A stretch of DNA of 64,000 nucleotides from Malacoraja senta (lineage: Eukaryota), in NCBI GenBank assembly GCA_038087875.1, contig CM075988.1:7814001-7878000 (forward strand). Reading direction: 5' to 3'. Both the position numbers and the translations under genes were made by a program. Within the stretch, counting starts at the first letter, position 1. Each line of letters starts with the position of its first letter. Shown one piece after another: positions 37,350-50,166 of the stretch. The notes below the pieces were generated by a model. The model was not told where the DNA came from. It did no database searches and saw only the letters and a program-made list of their open reading frames with translations.

Positions 37350-40300
37350 ATACATGATAATGGAATAACATTTATTGCAAGGTTGGAATAGATATTGAAG
37401 AGTGTGGAGCGATTATAATATGAGTTTGTGGAACTGCTTCTGTGGTTAACATGCAAATAGCAGCCAGGGTTGGACGCCATCCATTCAGTCCCTGTTCAGC
37501 AAGGCGAGGTCTGCTGCAGTCGCAGCACGATGGCACCTCTGCCGCCCCCCTCTCCCCTTGGCTCCTGTTGGTTGAGTATTGAAGTCCAGCTGTCCAAGTC
37601 ATTTAGAAGAATGAGGGGGGACCTCATTGAAACCAACCAAATAGTGAAAGGCCTGGATAGAGTGGATGTGGAGAGGATGTTTCCACGAGTGGGAGATGCT
37701 AGGTCCAGGGGTCATAGCCTCACAATAAAATGATGTATCTTTAGAAAGGAGATGATTCGGAATTTCTTTAGTCCGAGGGTGGTGGATCTGTGGAATCGGC
37801 TGTGGAGACCATAGATACATAGACAATAGGTGCAGGAGTAGGCCATTCGTCCCTCCGAGCCAGCGCCACCATTCAATGTGATCATGGCTGATCATCCACA
37901 ATCAGTACCCCGTTCCAGCCTTCTCCCTATACCGTTTGATTCTCCTGGCCCTAAGAGCTCTATCTAACTCTTTTGAATGCATCCAGTGAATTGGCCTCCA
38001 CTGCCTTCTGAGGCAGATAATTCCACAAATTCACAACTCTCTGTGTGAAAAAGTTTTTCCTCATCTCAGTTCTAAATGGTCTACCCCTTATCCAAGTCGC
38101 TAGATATTTTTAAGGCAGAGATTGACAGATTCTTGGTTAGTACAGGTGTCAAGGGTTTTGAGGAGAAGGCAGGAGAATGGGGTTGTGAGGGAAAGATAGG
38201 TTAGCCATGATTGAATGGTAGAGTCGACTTGATGGGCCGAAAAGTCTTGCTCTTCTCCTAGAACTTATAAACTGCGAGGATTGACATTGCTGCGGTCCTT
38301 TTTGGCTGGTAAAAATAAGCATAATCTCCTGAAGAATGGATATGAACCCATTTATGGTGCACGTGAGCTTTTCTCTGTCCCTCTGTCAGGACCTCTCACA
38401 GGACTCTTATGAGATGTGGGCGCTTTGTGCCGATTTTAATCGCTCTTTTAAAAACATCTTTAACTGATAAGTATAAGGCTCAACAGAACAATTGCCAGAA
38501 AATAAACAACAGTGGCATCATCTGTCTTTTTTTTCAAAAATTACATTTTTGAAAGGTTGAAGTTTGAGGCTTGAAGCCCTGATGCAGAGTGATATACGAG
38601 GTTAGAGAACTGCTTGATAGATTCTCCTATACATTACTTCAGGCCCCAATTACCACTGATTCATGCAATTAGAAGACTTCATGGGCTTGTGGGCCAGGCT
38701 TGGCTGCACACCCTAATGAGGCCCTGAAGGGGGTTAATGACAATCTTGTCCATGGACTATTGAAATCAAGAGCCTAAGCAATTTGTACTGCTTTAGATTC
38801 CTTTAACACTTTGTATTTCTGCTGGTATTTGGCGCTGACAACAGACAGATCAGGGACTGTGTTTCCCTCAGTGATTGTGAAGGATGCCTGCTATAATGAT
38901 GCCTTGCAACAAATTAATTTTTAATTTGATTAAAAGTTATTAAGATTCCTCAGTCTTGATTGTACAGTGAGATGTGCCCTTAACATTTGACTGAAGGGAA
39001 CACTGTAACCAAATTGAAAACACTCAGAAAGCAAGGCAATTGAATCACACACCTTTTACCATGCTGTTGGGATGATATAGAGGCATACAGCAGGGAAATA
39101 GGCCCTTCGGTCCAACTTGTCTATGCTGGCCAAGATGCCCCATCTACACTAGTCCCATCTGCTGCCCGCATTTGACCCATAACCATTCTAAACCTTTCGT
39201 ATCCATGTATCTGTCCAAGTGTATTTTAAAATTAATTTGTGTGGCGTTATGTTCACAATTGTGATAAATGAAAGTTAGTTTTTTTTTTAATACCAAGGTT
39301 GTTCATATTTTCAACCTCTGTTATCGCATCAGTTAGCACAAGTTAACATATCCCAAGGTTGAGCTCATGTAAGCCAACTGTATGAAGCACTTACAAATAT
39401 TTGCAAGAATAAGTCAGGACAGCACCCAAATATAAGCTATAAGAGAACCAGACACATCTCCATTGATCCCAAAGGGATATGATGGCGGTACAGTGGTTAA
39501 GCAGCTAGACAAGTAGCCCGTTCAAGCAACACAAAGACGTGTGTTCAAATCCTACCATGTCAACTGTGGAATTACAATTCAGTTTAAAATGAAACAACCT
39601 GGAATTAAGAAAGTCTTATTAATGATGATCATGAATTTAAAGATTATCTGAGAGTTAACCATGATGATGATTGCAAATTGGAAGCTTAAAGTCAACTGTA
39701 CATACACTTACTCAAGGTCATCCCATCTGAAGAGGTAGATAGATGCCTCCAACATTGCAACACTCCATCTACACTGCAGTGAAGTGTTGGTCAATATGAT
39801 GAACTCAAGCATCAAGTTTCACCTACAGATTGACTCTGAAGTGAATGAACTAACTGTTGCTCAATTGTTTACTAAGAGATTAGTTGCTTCACATCTTGGT
39901 GTGATCAACATCAGGGGGATCATTGTCAATGGGAGACTGAAGGCTGTAGAGAAATCTCACAACTTAATAGGCCACAGTCTGTAGTTGTAGGGTATTAGTT
40001 ATACTTCCCTTCCGTATTTAGCCCTTTTGCACAGCGGGTTATAGAGTCATAGAGTGATACAGTGTGGAAACAGGCCCTTCGGCCCAACTCGCTCACACCG
40101 GCCAACAATGTCCCAGCTACCCTAGTCCCACTTGCCTGCGCTTGGTCCATAACCCTCCAAACCTGTCCTATCCATGTACCTGTCCAACTGTTTCATAAAC
40201 GATGGAATAGTCCCCGTCTCAACTACCTCCTCTGGCAGCTTGTTCCATGTACCCACCACCCTCTGTGTGAAAAAGTCACCCCTCGGATTTCTATTAAATC

Positions 40301-40688
40301 TTTTCCCTTTCACCTTGAACCTGTCTCCTCTGGTTCTCGATTCCCATACTCTGGGTAAAATACTCTGTCTATCTAACCAATCTATTCCTATCATGATTTT
40401 ATATACCTCTATAAAATCTCCCCTCATTTATGCTCTATGGAATAAAGACCCAGCCTACTTAACCTCTCATTATAGCTCACACCCTCTAGTCCTGGCAACA
40501 TCCTCGTAAATCTTTTCTGAACCCTTTCAAGTTTGACAATATCTTTCCTATAACATGGTGCCCAGATCTAAACACAATATTCTAAATGAGGTCTCACCAA
40601 CGTCTTATACAACTATAACATGACCTTCCAACTTCTATATGCAATGACTAATGAAGGCCAAAGAGCCAAAAGCATTTTTGACCACTTT

Positions 40689-40915
40689 TTGGCGGTCTCA
40701 AGAACGACAACTGAAGTTTCTCGAGGATCTTTATTCACAGGTTTGGTTTTCAGTACACAGATTCTCTAGACACGTCTGGCCATATCGGTGGTCAGCGCTG
40801 AACTAACCGCGCGAATGAAAAAACGCGCGAAAACAAGCAGCCCCTCCCGAGTCACGTGACCGCAGCTTACGAACGCCGGTTTCGATACCTGTGTGCGCCA
40901 GTAGGCGCCGCTACA
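40689..40915 (-). mobile_element. Probable solo LTR inserted in the CR1
   Basis: 5-bp TSD acttt (40684-40688, 40916-40920); minus strand starts TGTAGCGG, contains AATAAA and ends CCGCCAA (imperfect terminal inverted repeat). Confidence 0.65.
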
Positions 40916-42298
40916 ACTTTATCTACCTGCGACTCGACCTTCAAGGAACCATGCACCTGTACTCCTAGATCCCTCTGTTCTACAACACTACCCAGAGGCC
41001 TACCATTTACTGTGTACTGTAGGTCCTGCACTTGTTCGACGTCCCAAAATGCAACACCTCACACTTCTCTGTATTAAATTCCATCAACCATTCCGCCGCC
41101 CACCTGGCTAATCGATCCATATCCTGCTGCAATAGTTCACAACGTTCTTCACCATCTACAAAACCACTCACTTTTGTATCATCAGCAAACATGCTAATCT
41201 TGCCCTGTATGTTCTCATCCAAACCATTGATGTAGTTGACAAACAGTAACAGGCCCAGCACCAAACCCTGTGGCACACCACTAGTCACAGGCCTCCATTC
41301 TGAGAAGCAACCATCCACCATCACCCTCTGCTTCCTTCCATGGAGCCAATTTGCTATCCATTCAGCTGTCTCTCCTTGGGTCCCATAAGATCTAACCTGC
41401 CAAAGCAGCCTACCTTGCGGCACCTTGTCGAACACCTTACTGAAGTCCATGTACACAACATCTACAGCTCTGCCCTCATCAACCTTTTTGTTCACCTCTT
41501 CAAAAAAATCAATCAGATTAGTGAGACATGACCTCCCACGTACAAAACCATGCTGACTGTCAGTACTCAGCCCTTGCCTATCCAAATGCCTATATATCCT
41601 ATCCCTCAGAATACTCTCCAATAACTTACCAACTACAGATGTTAAGCTCACCGGCCTATAGTTCCCAGCATTTTCCCTGCAGCTCTCCTTGGAAAGAGGC
41701 ACAACATTTGCCACCCTCCAATCCTCTGGCACCTCTCCTATGTTTAAGGACGAGTCATAAATTTCAACCAGGGCTCCCGCAATTTCCTCTCTAGTTTCCC
41801 ACAATGTCCTCGGATATATCTGATAAGGCCCCGTTGATTCGTCTACCTTCAAACACGACAGTACCTTCAGTACTTCCTCGACGGTAACCCTGACTGCTCT
41901 CATGACGCTTCCAGTGACTGCTTCAATTTCCTCCGTCCTGCTGTCTTTCTCCTCGGTAAATACAGAGGAGAAATACTCATTGAGGACCTTGCCCATCTCC
42001 TGTGACTCCACACAGGTGATCACTTTTATTCCTGAGAGGTCCCACTCTCTAGTTATCCTTTTCCCCCTTACGTATTTGTAAAATCTTTTGGGATTGTCTT
42101 TTATGCTACCTGTCACAAGCTATCTCATGGCCCCTTTTTGCCCTTTGATCTCCTTTTTAGTTTGCTCCTTAGTTTCGAAACTCCTCTTGGGATGCACTTG
42201 ATCCCAGCTGCCTATACCTGTCCCATGCATCCTTCTTGTTTTTGACTAACGTCGCAATTTCCCTCGACAGCCAAGCTTCCTTACATTTGCCTGCTTTG

Positions 42299-44208
42299 AT
42301 TATTATTGATTGATTGATTGATTATACCTTTAATAATCCTTTGCAGGAAATTACAGTGCCACGACAGCTTCAAGACAGACATAACACCACACATTTCCTC
42401 AAATAGCTGCCATACTTAACAAGTTAAAATGCAAGTTAAAATACAAGTTAAAATACAATTAAAGAATAAAAAAGTGCAGTTTATTTATGCGCATTATATA
42501 ACCTTATAGCAGCTGGTAAACAGGACTTCCTATGTCTCTCAGTTTTTGCACATTGGTGCAATCAGTCTCTGACTGAAGATGCTGCTCTTGATCACCTTCA
42601 GGGCATGGAGTGGGTGAGTGGGGGTTGGTCATTATAGAACCCAGTTTGTTGAGAGTTCTGGCCTCTGCCACCTGCTGGACCGTTCGTTGCTCAGCCCCGA
42701 CCACTGAGCCGGCCTTCCTGATCAGTTTGTCCAGTCTGTGTTTTTGTCCGCTATGCGGGCGCCATCTCCCCAACAGGCCACCGCAAAAAACAGAGCACTG
42801 GCCACCACTGAATGGTAGACACTGCACAGTAGGGGTTGGCAGATGTTAAATGCCCTCAGCCTCCTTAAAAAATACAGTCGGCTTTGTCCCTTCCTGTACA
42901 CCGCCTCCATATGACACTTCCAGTCCAGCTCACTGTCAAGCTGCACACCAAGGTACCTGTGGTTAGCGACCACCTCCACCTCAGTGCCCTTAATGGTGAT
43001 TGGTGTTGCTTGAGTCCTCCTCCTCCCCCTCCTGAAGTCCACAACTATCTCCTTGGTTTTTGTGGTGTTAAGAAGGAGGTAATTGTGTGCACTCCACTCC
43101 ACAAAGTTACTTATTATGTCTCTATACTCCTCCTCATTGCCCCCTTTAATGAGGCCGACAACAGCTGTGTCATCCGAAAATTTCTGCAAAAAGCAGCTGT
43201 TGGTATTATATCGGAGATCCGCTGTGTAGATGGTAAACAGGAATGGAGCCAGCACAGTTCCTTGTGGAGCCCCTGTGCTGCTCAAGATGGTGCTTGAGAC
43301 ATTGTTGTTCTGTAGGCGCACGTACTGTGGTCTGAGGGAAAGGTAATCCAAACACCACAGTACCAGTGATGGATCCACTTTCATCTTCTCCATCTTCTCC
43401 ACTAGCAGTCGGGGCTGAATTGTGTTGAAGGCGCTTGAGAAGTCAAAAAACGTAATCCTTACAGATGCATCAGTAGTGTCCAAATGTGTGTACACCCTCT
43501 GCAGCATGTAAATGAGGGCATCTTCGACACTGATGTTAGGCTGATATGCAAACTGTAAAGGATCCATTTGATTTGACACACTAGTCCTGATGTAGGAAAG
43601 GACAAGTCTCTCAAATGTCTTCATAATATGTGAAGTGAGCGCTACTGGTCTGTAGTCATTGTGGTGAGTGGGATGGGTCTTCTTTGGGACAGGTACCAGG
43701 CAAGATGTTTTCCACAGCCTTGGAACCTTCTGTAGACGCAAGCTCAGGTTGAACAGGTGTGTTAGAATACCACACAGCTCTGAAGAGCAGGTCTTCAGTA
43801 GCCTTGGGCTGGTGTCATCAGGCCCCACTGCTTTCCCTGGCTTCAGTCTGTCCAGCATCATCTTGACCTGAGCAGTATGAAGAGTCATAGGTGGGGCTGC
43901 TGGTGGAGTGGGAGGTGGAAAGAGGGGACTCCGCACAGGTGACATCTCAGGAGTGATGGAGATGATGGAGAGAGGGAGGGGAGGTGGAGAGGAAGCAGCA
44001 ATGGTCAGCAGACCAGGTGGGGGAGGCTGGGGTGGTGTGGGGCAGTCAAATCTGTTGAAAAATCTGTTCAGATGATCAGCCAGACTCTGTTCACCATCAG
44101 GCAGTATACCACCTTTCTGCTTCATGCCCGTGATCTTTCGCATTCCAGCCCATACCTGCTTCACACCATCTTGTTGCAGCTGTCGTTCTAATTTGAGCCT
44201 ATAGGCTT
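42299..44208 (-). mobile_element. 5'-truncated Rex1/Babar LINE with near-intact RT, nested in the CR1
   Basis: ORF 42722-44260: KAVGPD, NDYRPVALTS, DPLQFAYQ, FFDFSSAFNTIQP, GAPQGTVLAP, QKFSDD; (CAAT)n tail near 42305-42323; ctttg duplicated at 42294-42298 and 44209-44213. Confidence 0.9.
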
Positions 44209-44277
44209 CTTTGCCCTTCACTCTAACGGGGACGTACACATCCTGAGCTTTCGTCAGCACACTTTTGAAAACATCCC

Positions 44278-44552
44278 TTTTTGTTTTCTTAGTGCACTTT
44301 TAGGACCGAGATGAGAAAATCATTTTTCACACAGAGAGTGGTGAATCTGTGGAATTCTCTGCCACAGAAGGTAGTTGAGGCCAGTTCATTGGCTATATTT
44401 AAGAGGAAGTTAGATGTGGCCCTTGTGGCTAAAAGGATCAGGGGGTATGGAGAGAAGGCAGGTACGGGATACTGAGTTGGATGATCAGCCATGATCATAT
44501 TGAATGGCGGTGCAGGTACTCCTGCACCTATTTTCTATGTTTCTATGTTTCT
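44278..44552 (+). mobile_element. Short CR1 3' fragment nested in the opposite orientation
   Basis: FFTQRVVNLWNSLP-coding sequence, (TTTCTATG)n tail, atccc duplicated at 44273-44277 and 44553-44557. Confidence 0.8.
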
Positions 44553-47500
44553 ATCCCACTTGGCTGATGTTCCTTTCCCCTCAAATAACCTGCTCCAGTC
44601 AACTTGAGCTAGACCTTCTCTCATACCCTCAAAGTTGGCCTTACCCCAGTTGAGCATTTTAACATGTGGACCCTCTCCGTCCCGATCCATAACTATCTTA
44701 AACCCAATCGACTGTGGTCACTGTTCCCAAAAGGCTCCTCCACATACACACTTCATTAACTTGCCCTTCCCAATTTCCCAATACTAGATCCAGCATTCCC
44801 TTCTCACGTGTGGGGACCTCCACATACTGTTTAAGAAAACTCTCCTGAACACTTTTGAGGAATTGTGCCCCATCTAAACCCTTCACGCTATGATTTTCCC
44901 AGTCTAGATTGAAAAGTTAAAAACCCCAACTACAACAACCTTATTTGACCTGCGGCTGACTGCAATCTCCCGGCATATTTGCTCTTCTAATTCCTGTTGG
45001 GGGTCTGTAGTACACCCCCAACAAGGTGATCATCCCTTTCTTGTTCCTCAGCTCCACCCATATAGCCTCACTAGATGAACTGTCCGTAATGTCACCTCTG
45101 AACACAGCCGTGATATCCTCCTTAACCAACGAAGCAACTCCTCCTTAACCAACAAAGCAACAGAGAGTCATAAATCATAGTCATAAATCATGGAGTCATA
45201 CAGCATAGAAACAGGCCCTTCAGCCCAACTCGTCCAAGGTGCTCCTTCTAAGCTAATTGCATTTGGTCCAGATCCACCTAAACCTTTCCTACCCATCTAC
45301 CTGCCTAAGTGTCTTTCAAATGTTATAGTTGAAGTTGTTAAAAAGTGCAAAGCAGCAAAATTGTAGTCTGTAACTTCAACAAAGAAAACCACCATCCTTG
45401 GATCTCCGTAATTAATCCAATTGAAGGAGGGCAAATAAGCAAGGAAAAGAGTGGAGCATGGATTAAATGTCGGATCAAATAAAGAAACTGGAGACAAATG
45501 GTTTAAAGAAGCAAGAAAAAAAAAATCTTTCAATTTTTAAGATCTCCACACTGAAAAGCAAATAATTAATACTTTCCAACCCTTTTTAACAGGGTAGTAT
45601 TTTATGCATCAAACTGGGTAGTTAGAGGTGAATTGGTAATTTACATTGTAACTCGTCTATCTCACGAATAAACTAATTGAATGTGTTTCAAAGGTGATAT
45701 TTTTTCCAAATTTGTGGTAGAACAAAGCAGCAATGACTAATATTCAGATTCAGAGGGTAGCACAGTAGCGCAGCAGTTGAGTTGCTGCCTTTCAGCACCT
45801 GGGTTCAATGCTGACCATGGATGTTGCACATTCTCCCTGTGACCGCGTGGGTTTTCTCCGGGTGCTCCGGTTTGCTACCACATCCCAAAAACCAACAGGT
45901 TTGTCGGTTAATTGGCTTCTGTAAATTGTCCCTAGTGTGTAGGATAGAAATAGTGTACGGGTGATCATTGACCAGCGTGCACTAGGTGGGCCGAAAAGCC
46001 TATTCCCTTGCTTTATCTCTATACTATACTAACTTAAACTCAACTACTGTCTTTAACCATGCCTGGTTACTACAATGTTTGCATATAATGACAGAGCTGG
46101 GTTTCTCTGACATTTTGATATCAAAAGTTTGATGACTATTTGCAGTGAAAATTTTCTGCTGCATACATGTTGAAGAGATATAATTTTCACATTTTGTACA
46201 GTCCTTATCTCATACCAGGGAGTGGAATCCTGATACTGAATTGCGAACTGGTCTATGTAATTAGTTTTTGTAAAGGAGCATAGCAAACTGTACGTGGAAT
46301 AACATTAACAAAATTAACTTAATTTTTGCAGTCATCTGTTTTGTTGGGGAGCTGTATTTTGCTGAAATGGAACATTGTGTTACATTCAATTAGCTTGACT
46401 TTGACAACCTGAACAAAAAGATTGGTTGCATGAATTATAGTCCATATATAGCACAAGGGACACAATATCCAGTGTTTTGATGAAGTAGGTGAACAAACAG
46501 TTAACTTCTCCAAAAATGATCGAAAAATAAATGGATGAATCGTGTGGCACAGTGCCGCAGCTGTAGAGTTGCTGCGTTAAAGAACCAGAGACCCTGGTTC
46601 GATCCTGACTAAGGGTGCTGTCTGTATGGACATTTGTATGTTCTCCATGTGACAGCATGCTCCGGTTTCCTCCCACATTCCAAAGACACGCAGGTGTGTA
46701 GGTTAATTGGCTTTGGTGAAGTTGTATATTGTCCCTAGTATGTAGGATAGTGCTAGTGTATCGCTGGTCGGCTCAGACTCGACGCATTGAAGGACCTGTT
46801 TCCACGCTGTAATTTCTGAAGTCTGAAGTTTAATGATAGAATGTCTTTGGTGAATTCACAGTAAATTAAGAACAGAAAATGAACTAAAGCGAACAAATAG
46901 ATTTAGAGAAAGAGGAAAATGGAGAGGGACGAAGAAAGAACATTTAATAAATATAATAAAGAGGAACTGCAGAACTGGTTTGTCTGAAGAAGGGTCCCGA
47001 TCCACAATATCAACTATCCATTTTCTCCAGAGATGCTGCCGCTGAGTTACTCCAGCATTTTGTGTCCATATCAAGTAAGAAAATAATTTTTTTGACCCTC
47101 TGGAAAACTACAAATCGTAAACTGAAGGAATGAGACTCAACACATTAATTACTTAATTGCTGGGCTATAGGGGATGATTAGTAGTAACACATTGTTCAAA
47201 CAAGTACTTTTTAACATTAATTATTGTAAAGCAAACAAGCAAGAATTATCCGACAATTACAAAAACTTTATGAAATTCACGAGAAAGTTACAGACTTGAT
47301 GCCCGTTCCACAAAAGTAGTAACAAATTAGTCCAATGGCCAGCTATTTGAAGATAGACACAAAAAGCTGCTGTAACTCAACAGGTCAGGCCGCATCTCTG
47401 GAGAAGAGGAATAGGTGACGTTTCGAGTTGAGACCCTTTACAATTCACAGGTTACCTCTTCCTTACGATGTTGGTGACTTGGTGCACATTGATTTAAAAT

Positions 47501-47859
47501 TCTGTATTGTGTTTTTTTCTGTCTCCCTTCTCTTAATCTCTGCCACTTGCCCCAAAGAATGCTGAATTCAAAAATGCATTTGTCCTCACTGCTCCGTTGA
47601 TCAGAGGAGATCAGATCACAAGCTCTTCTTATCTGATAAGTCTGTTACTTTATTTTAATTACAAAAGTTTAAAGAGTGCTCAATTCCTTCAGGGACTCTG
47701 GAGTGCAGACTGGAGCCAGAGTGAGTAATGCTTCCCCCGCCAGTGCAGGCTGGGGCAGCTGTGCCGTCTCCACAGTGGGTTTTACTGTGAGAACTTGCCA
47801 CTGTCGGGCCCATAAACTGGTGCAGCTGTTCTGACAGAGCTTGTTGTTATTCTCCTCAG

Positions 47860-47936
47860 CATCCGTACCCGACAGAGGACGAGAAGAGACAGATCGCCGG
47901 CCAAACGAATCTCACACTCTTACAGGTCAACAACTG
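47860..47936 (+). CDS. PKNOX2: PKNOX2 exon, homeodomain core ([26 protein letters not shown])
   Basis: tctcctcag|cat acceptor, tg|gtaaga donor; 77 nt, phase 0 to 2; PYP TALE loop. Confidence 0.97.
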
Positions 47937-48980
47937 GTAAGAGCCACTTGAAATGTACGCCTCGTTGATGACAGATCGATAGAGTGCATTGTTTTATTTC
48001 CATACTTTAATGAGCCCATGTCATCCTTGGAGAAGAACACACTGACAGGAGAATAATGAGGTGTGGGAGAGCAGGGGTTACAAATTCTTGCTTCAGGCCT
48101 GCAAATTCAGTAATCTGATGGAAGAAATCCCCACTGACCTGGCTGAGGTCAGCTCATTCTGTACAGACACACTTCAGTTGAGAACCTTCCCTTTATATTT
48201 TTGATTTCAATAATTAAAGAATTTAAACCCGTGTTTTCAAGAGTTCTCATCGACTGACCCTGAATGTAACAAGGGTGTAATGCACAGTCAAGTGAGTAAT
48301 GTGACGTGGAAATCCTGGGATTTCAGTGGGATTTATTATATTGGGCTCTGCTCTCCTTTCTCAGATTGATAAACTCCTTAACTCTTCCAGACCTTTGTCC
48401 ATGTACGACGAATATATCAGGGATACTGTTTAATGTGATTATTAGGGATGTGCCTGGTAGACACAGAGCAGAGGAAATTCCTCATCTGCTGTTAAGAGAA
48501 GTACAGTTCAATATTAATTGAAATTTACAAGCTTGGTTTAATTTTAAAGTGTTTCCCTAGTAACAGCGGGCGAAGTCTTCCTGGGAATTTATGGCTAATC
48601 TTCATCTTCTGTCATCATGACAGAATGCGTGCTAAAGTATCCAGCACACTGGTCGGTGTGTCCATACATAACACTCCTGCTTTCTGACTGTTTGAATTAA
48701 ACTTTAAATCGAATTTGCAGATCACTTCTGGTTGGGGAAAGGTATGGCAGACAGAATCATTGAAATTTATGGCACAGGAAGAGGCCATTTGCCTGGCCAT
48801 GTCTACGTTTTAGTGTTTGGTTTTAGACATACAGCGTGGAAACAGGCTCTTCTCCGCACCGAGTCCGCACTGACCTACAATCACCAGTACACTACACAAT
48901 GGGAACAATTTACAGAAGCCTGCAAACCTGCATGTCTTCGGCATGTGGGAGGAAACCGGAGCACCTGAAGGAAACCCACG

Positions 48981-49512
48981 CATAGATACATAGATACATA
49001 GAAAATAGGTGCAGGAGTAGGCCATTCGGCCCTTCGAGCCTGCACCGCCATTCAATATGATCATGGCTGATCATCCAACTCAGTATCCCGTACCTGCCTT
49101 CTCTCCATACCCCCTGATCCCCTTAGCCACAAGGGCCACATCTAACTCCCTCTTAAATATAGCCAATGAACCGGCCTCAACTACCCTCTGTGGCAGAGAG
49201 TTCCAGAGATTCACCACTCTCTGTGTGAAAAAGTTTTTCCTCATCTCGGTCTTAAAGGATTTCCCCCTTATCCTTAAGCTGTGACCCGTTGTCCTGGACT
49301 TCCCCAACATCGGGAACAATCTTCCTGCATCTAGCCTGTCCAACCCCATAAGAATTTTGTACGTTTCTATAAGATCCCCTCTCAATCTCCTAAATTCTAG
49401 CGAGTATAAGCCAAGTCTATCCAGTCTTTCTTCATATGAAAGTCCTGACATCCCAGGAATCAGTCTGGTGAACCTTCTCTGCACTCCCTCTATGGCAATA
49501 ATGTCCTTCCTC
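48981..49512 (-). mobile_element. Well-preserved CR1 3' fragment inserted in an HE1-like SINE
   Basis: Open frame QRRFTRLIPGMSGLSYEERL…FFTQRVVNLWNSLP; the SINE resumes on both sides. Confidence 0.85.
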
Positions 49513-49857
49513 AGTCACAAGAGAATGTACAAACTCTGCACACACAGCACCCATAGTCAGGATTGAACCTGGGTCTCATTGGCTCTTTGACAGGATTGCC
49601 CAAATGGTCCTGTTTTCTGGTTCTTTACTCCCAATCCTACATAATTTTCCTCTTAGAGTAACATATATGCACATCTCATTTCAATTTGTTACTGTGTGTA
49701 CATCTGCCATCCTTTCTGTCTGTGGACTCAGGCCATGATTTCTTGCTACAATTACAACCGTTTTCATCATTTCCACCCAAGTTCTTTTCCGATTGACTAA
49801 ACTTTGAGTCCTCGAGTTATTGGCCAGTCTCTCACTGGAAAAAAAGTTTCTCATTTA

Positions 49858-50166
49858 AGCCCCTGTCTCACTTTCCCGAGTTACTCACGAATTCTCTCGA
49901 GTTTTCCCCTTGATTCAAACTCGGAGAATTACGGTCATAGCCAGCCGTAGGTACTCGGGGCTATTTTTTTTACTCATGGACATTTTTCAACATGGTGAAA
50001 AAACGTCCCGACTTACCTGATGCCCCGAGTATCTACGGCTGGCATTACGAGCCGCTACGAAATATCTACGAACTCCTACGGACTCGCTACGGACATTCTC
50101 CGAGTTTCAATCAAGGGGAAAACTCGGGAGAATTCGTGAGAAACTCGGGAAAGTGGGACAGGGGCT
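49858..50166. mobile_element. PIF/Harbinger-type MITE
   Basis: TIRs AGCCCCTGTCTCACTTTCCCGAG / CTCGGGAAAGTGGGACAGGGGCT with TTA TSD. Confidence 0.85.

Larger units (their letters stand above)
40040..45140 (-). mobile_element. Degenerate CR1-clade LINE ORF2 (APE endonuclease and RT) with three nested insertions
   Basis: EAIWVELRNKKGMITLLGVYYRPP and PTREKGMLDLVL (APE); NYRPVSLTS, QHGF, VDVVYMDFSKVFDKV, GVPQG, MFADD (RT, ORF 41007-42116); C-terminal TRGDRFK…FFTQRVV. Confidence 0.92.

Noticed and set aside
41007..42116. 369-aa RT ORF as a host gene or active LINE
   Set aside because: The surrounding ORF2 is frameshifted and interrupted by three insertions.
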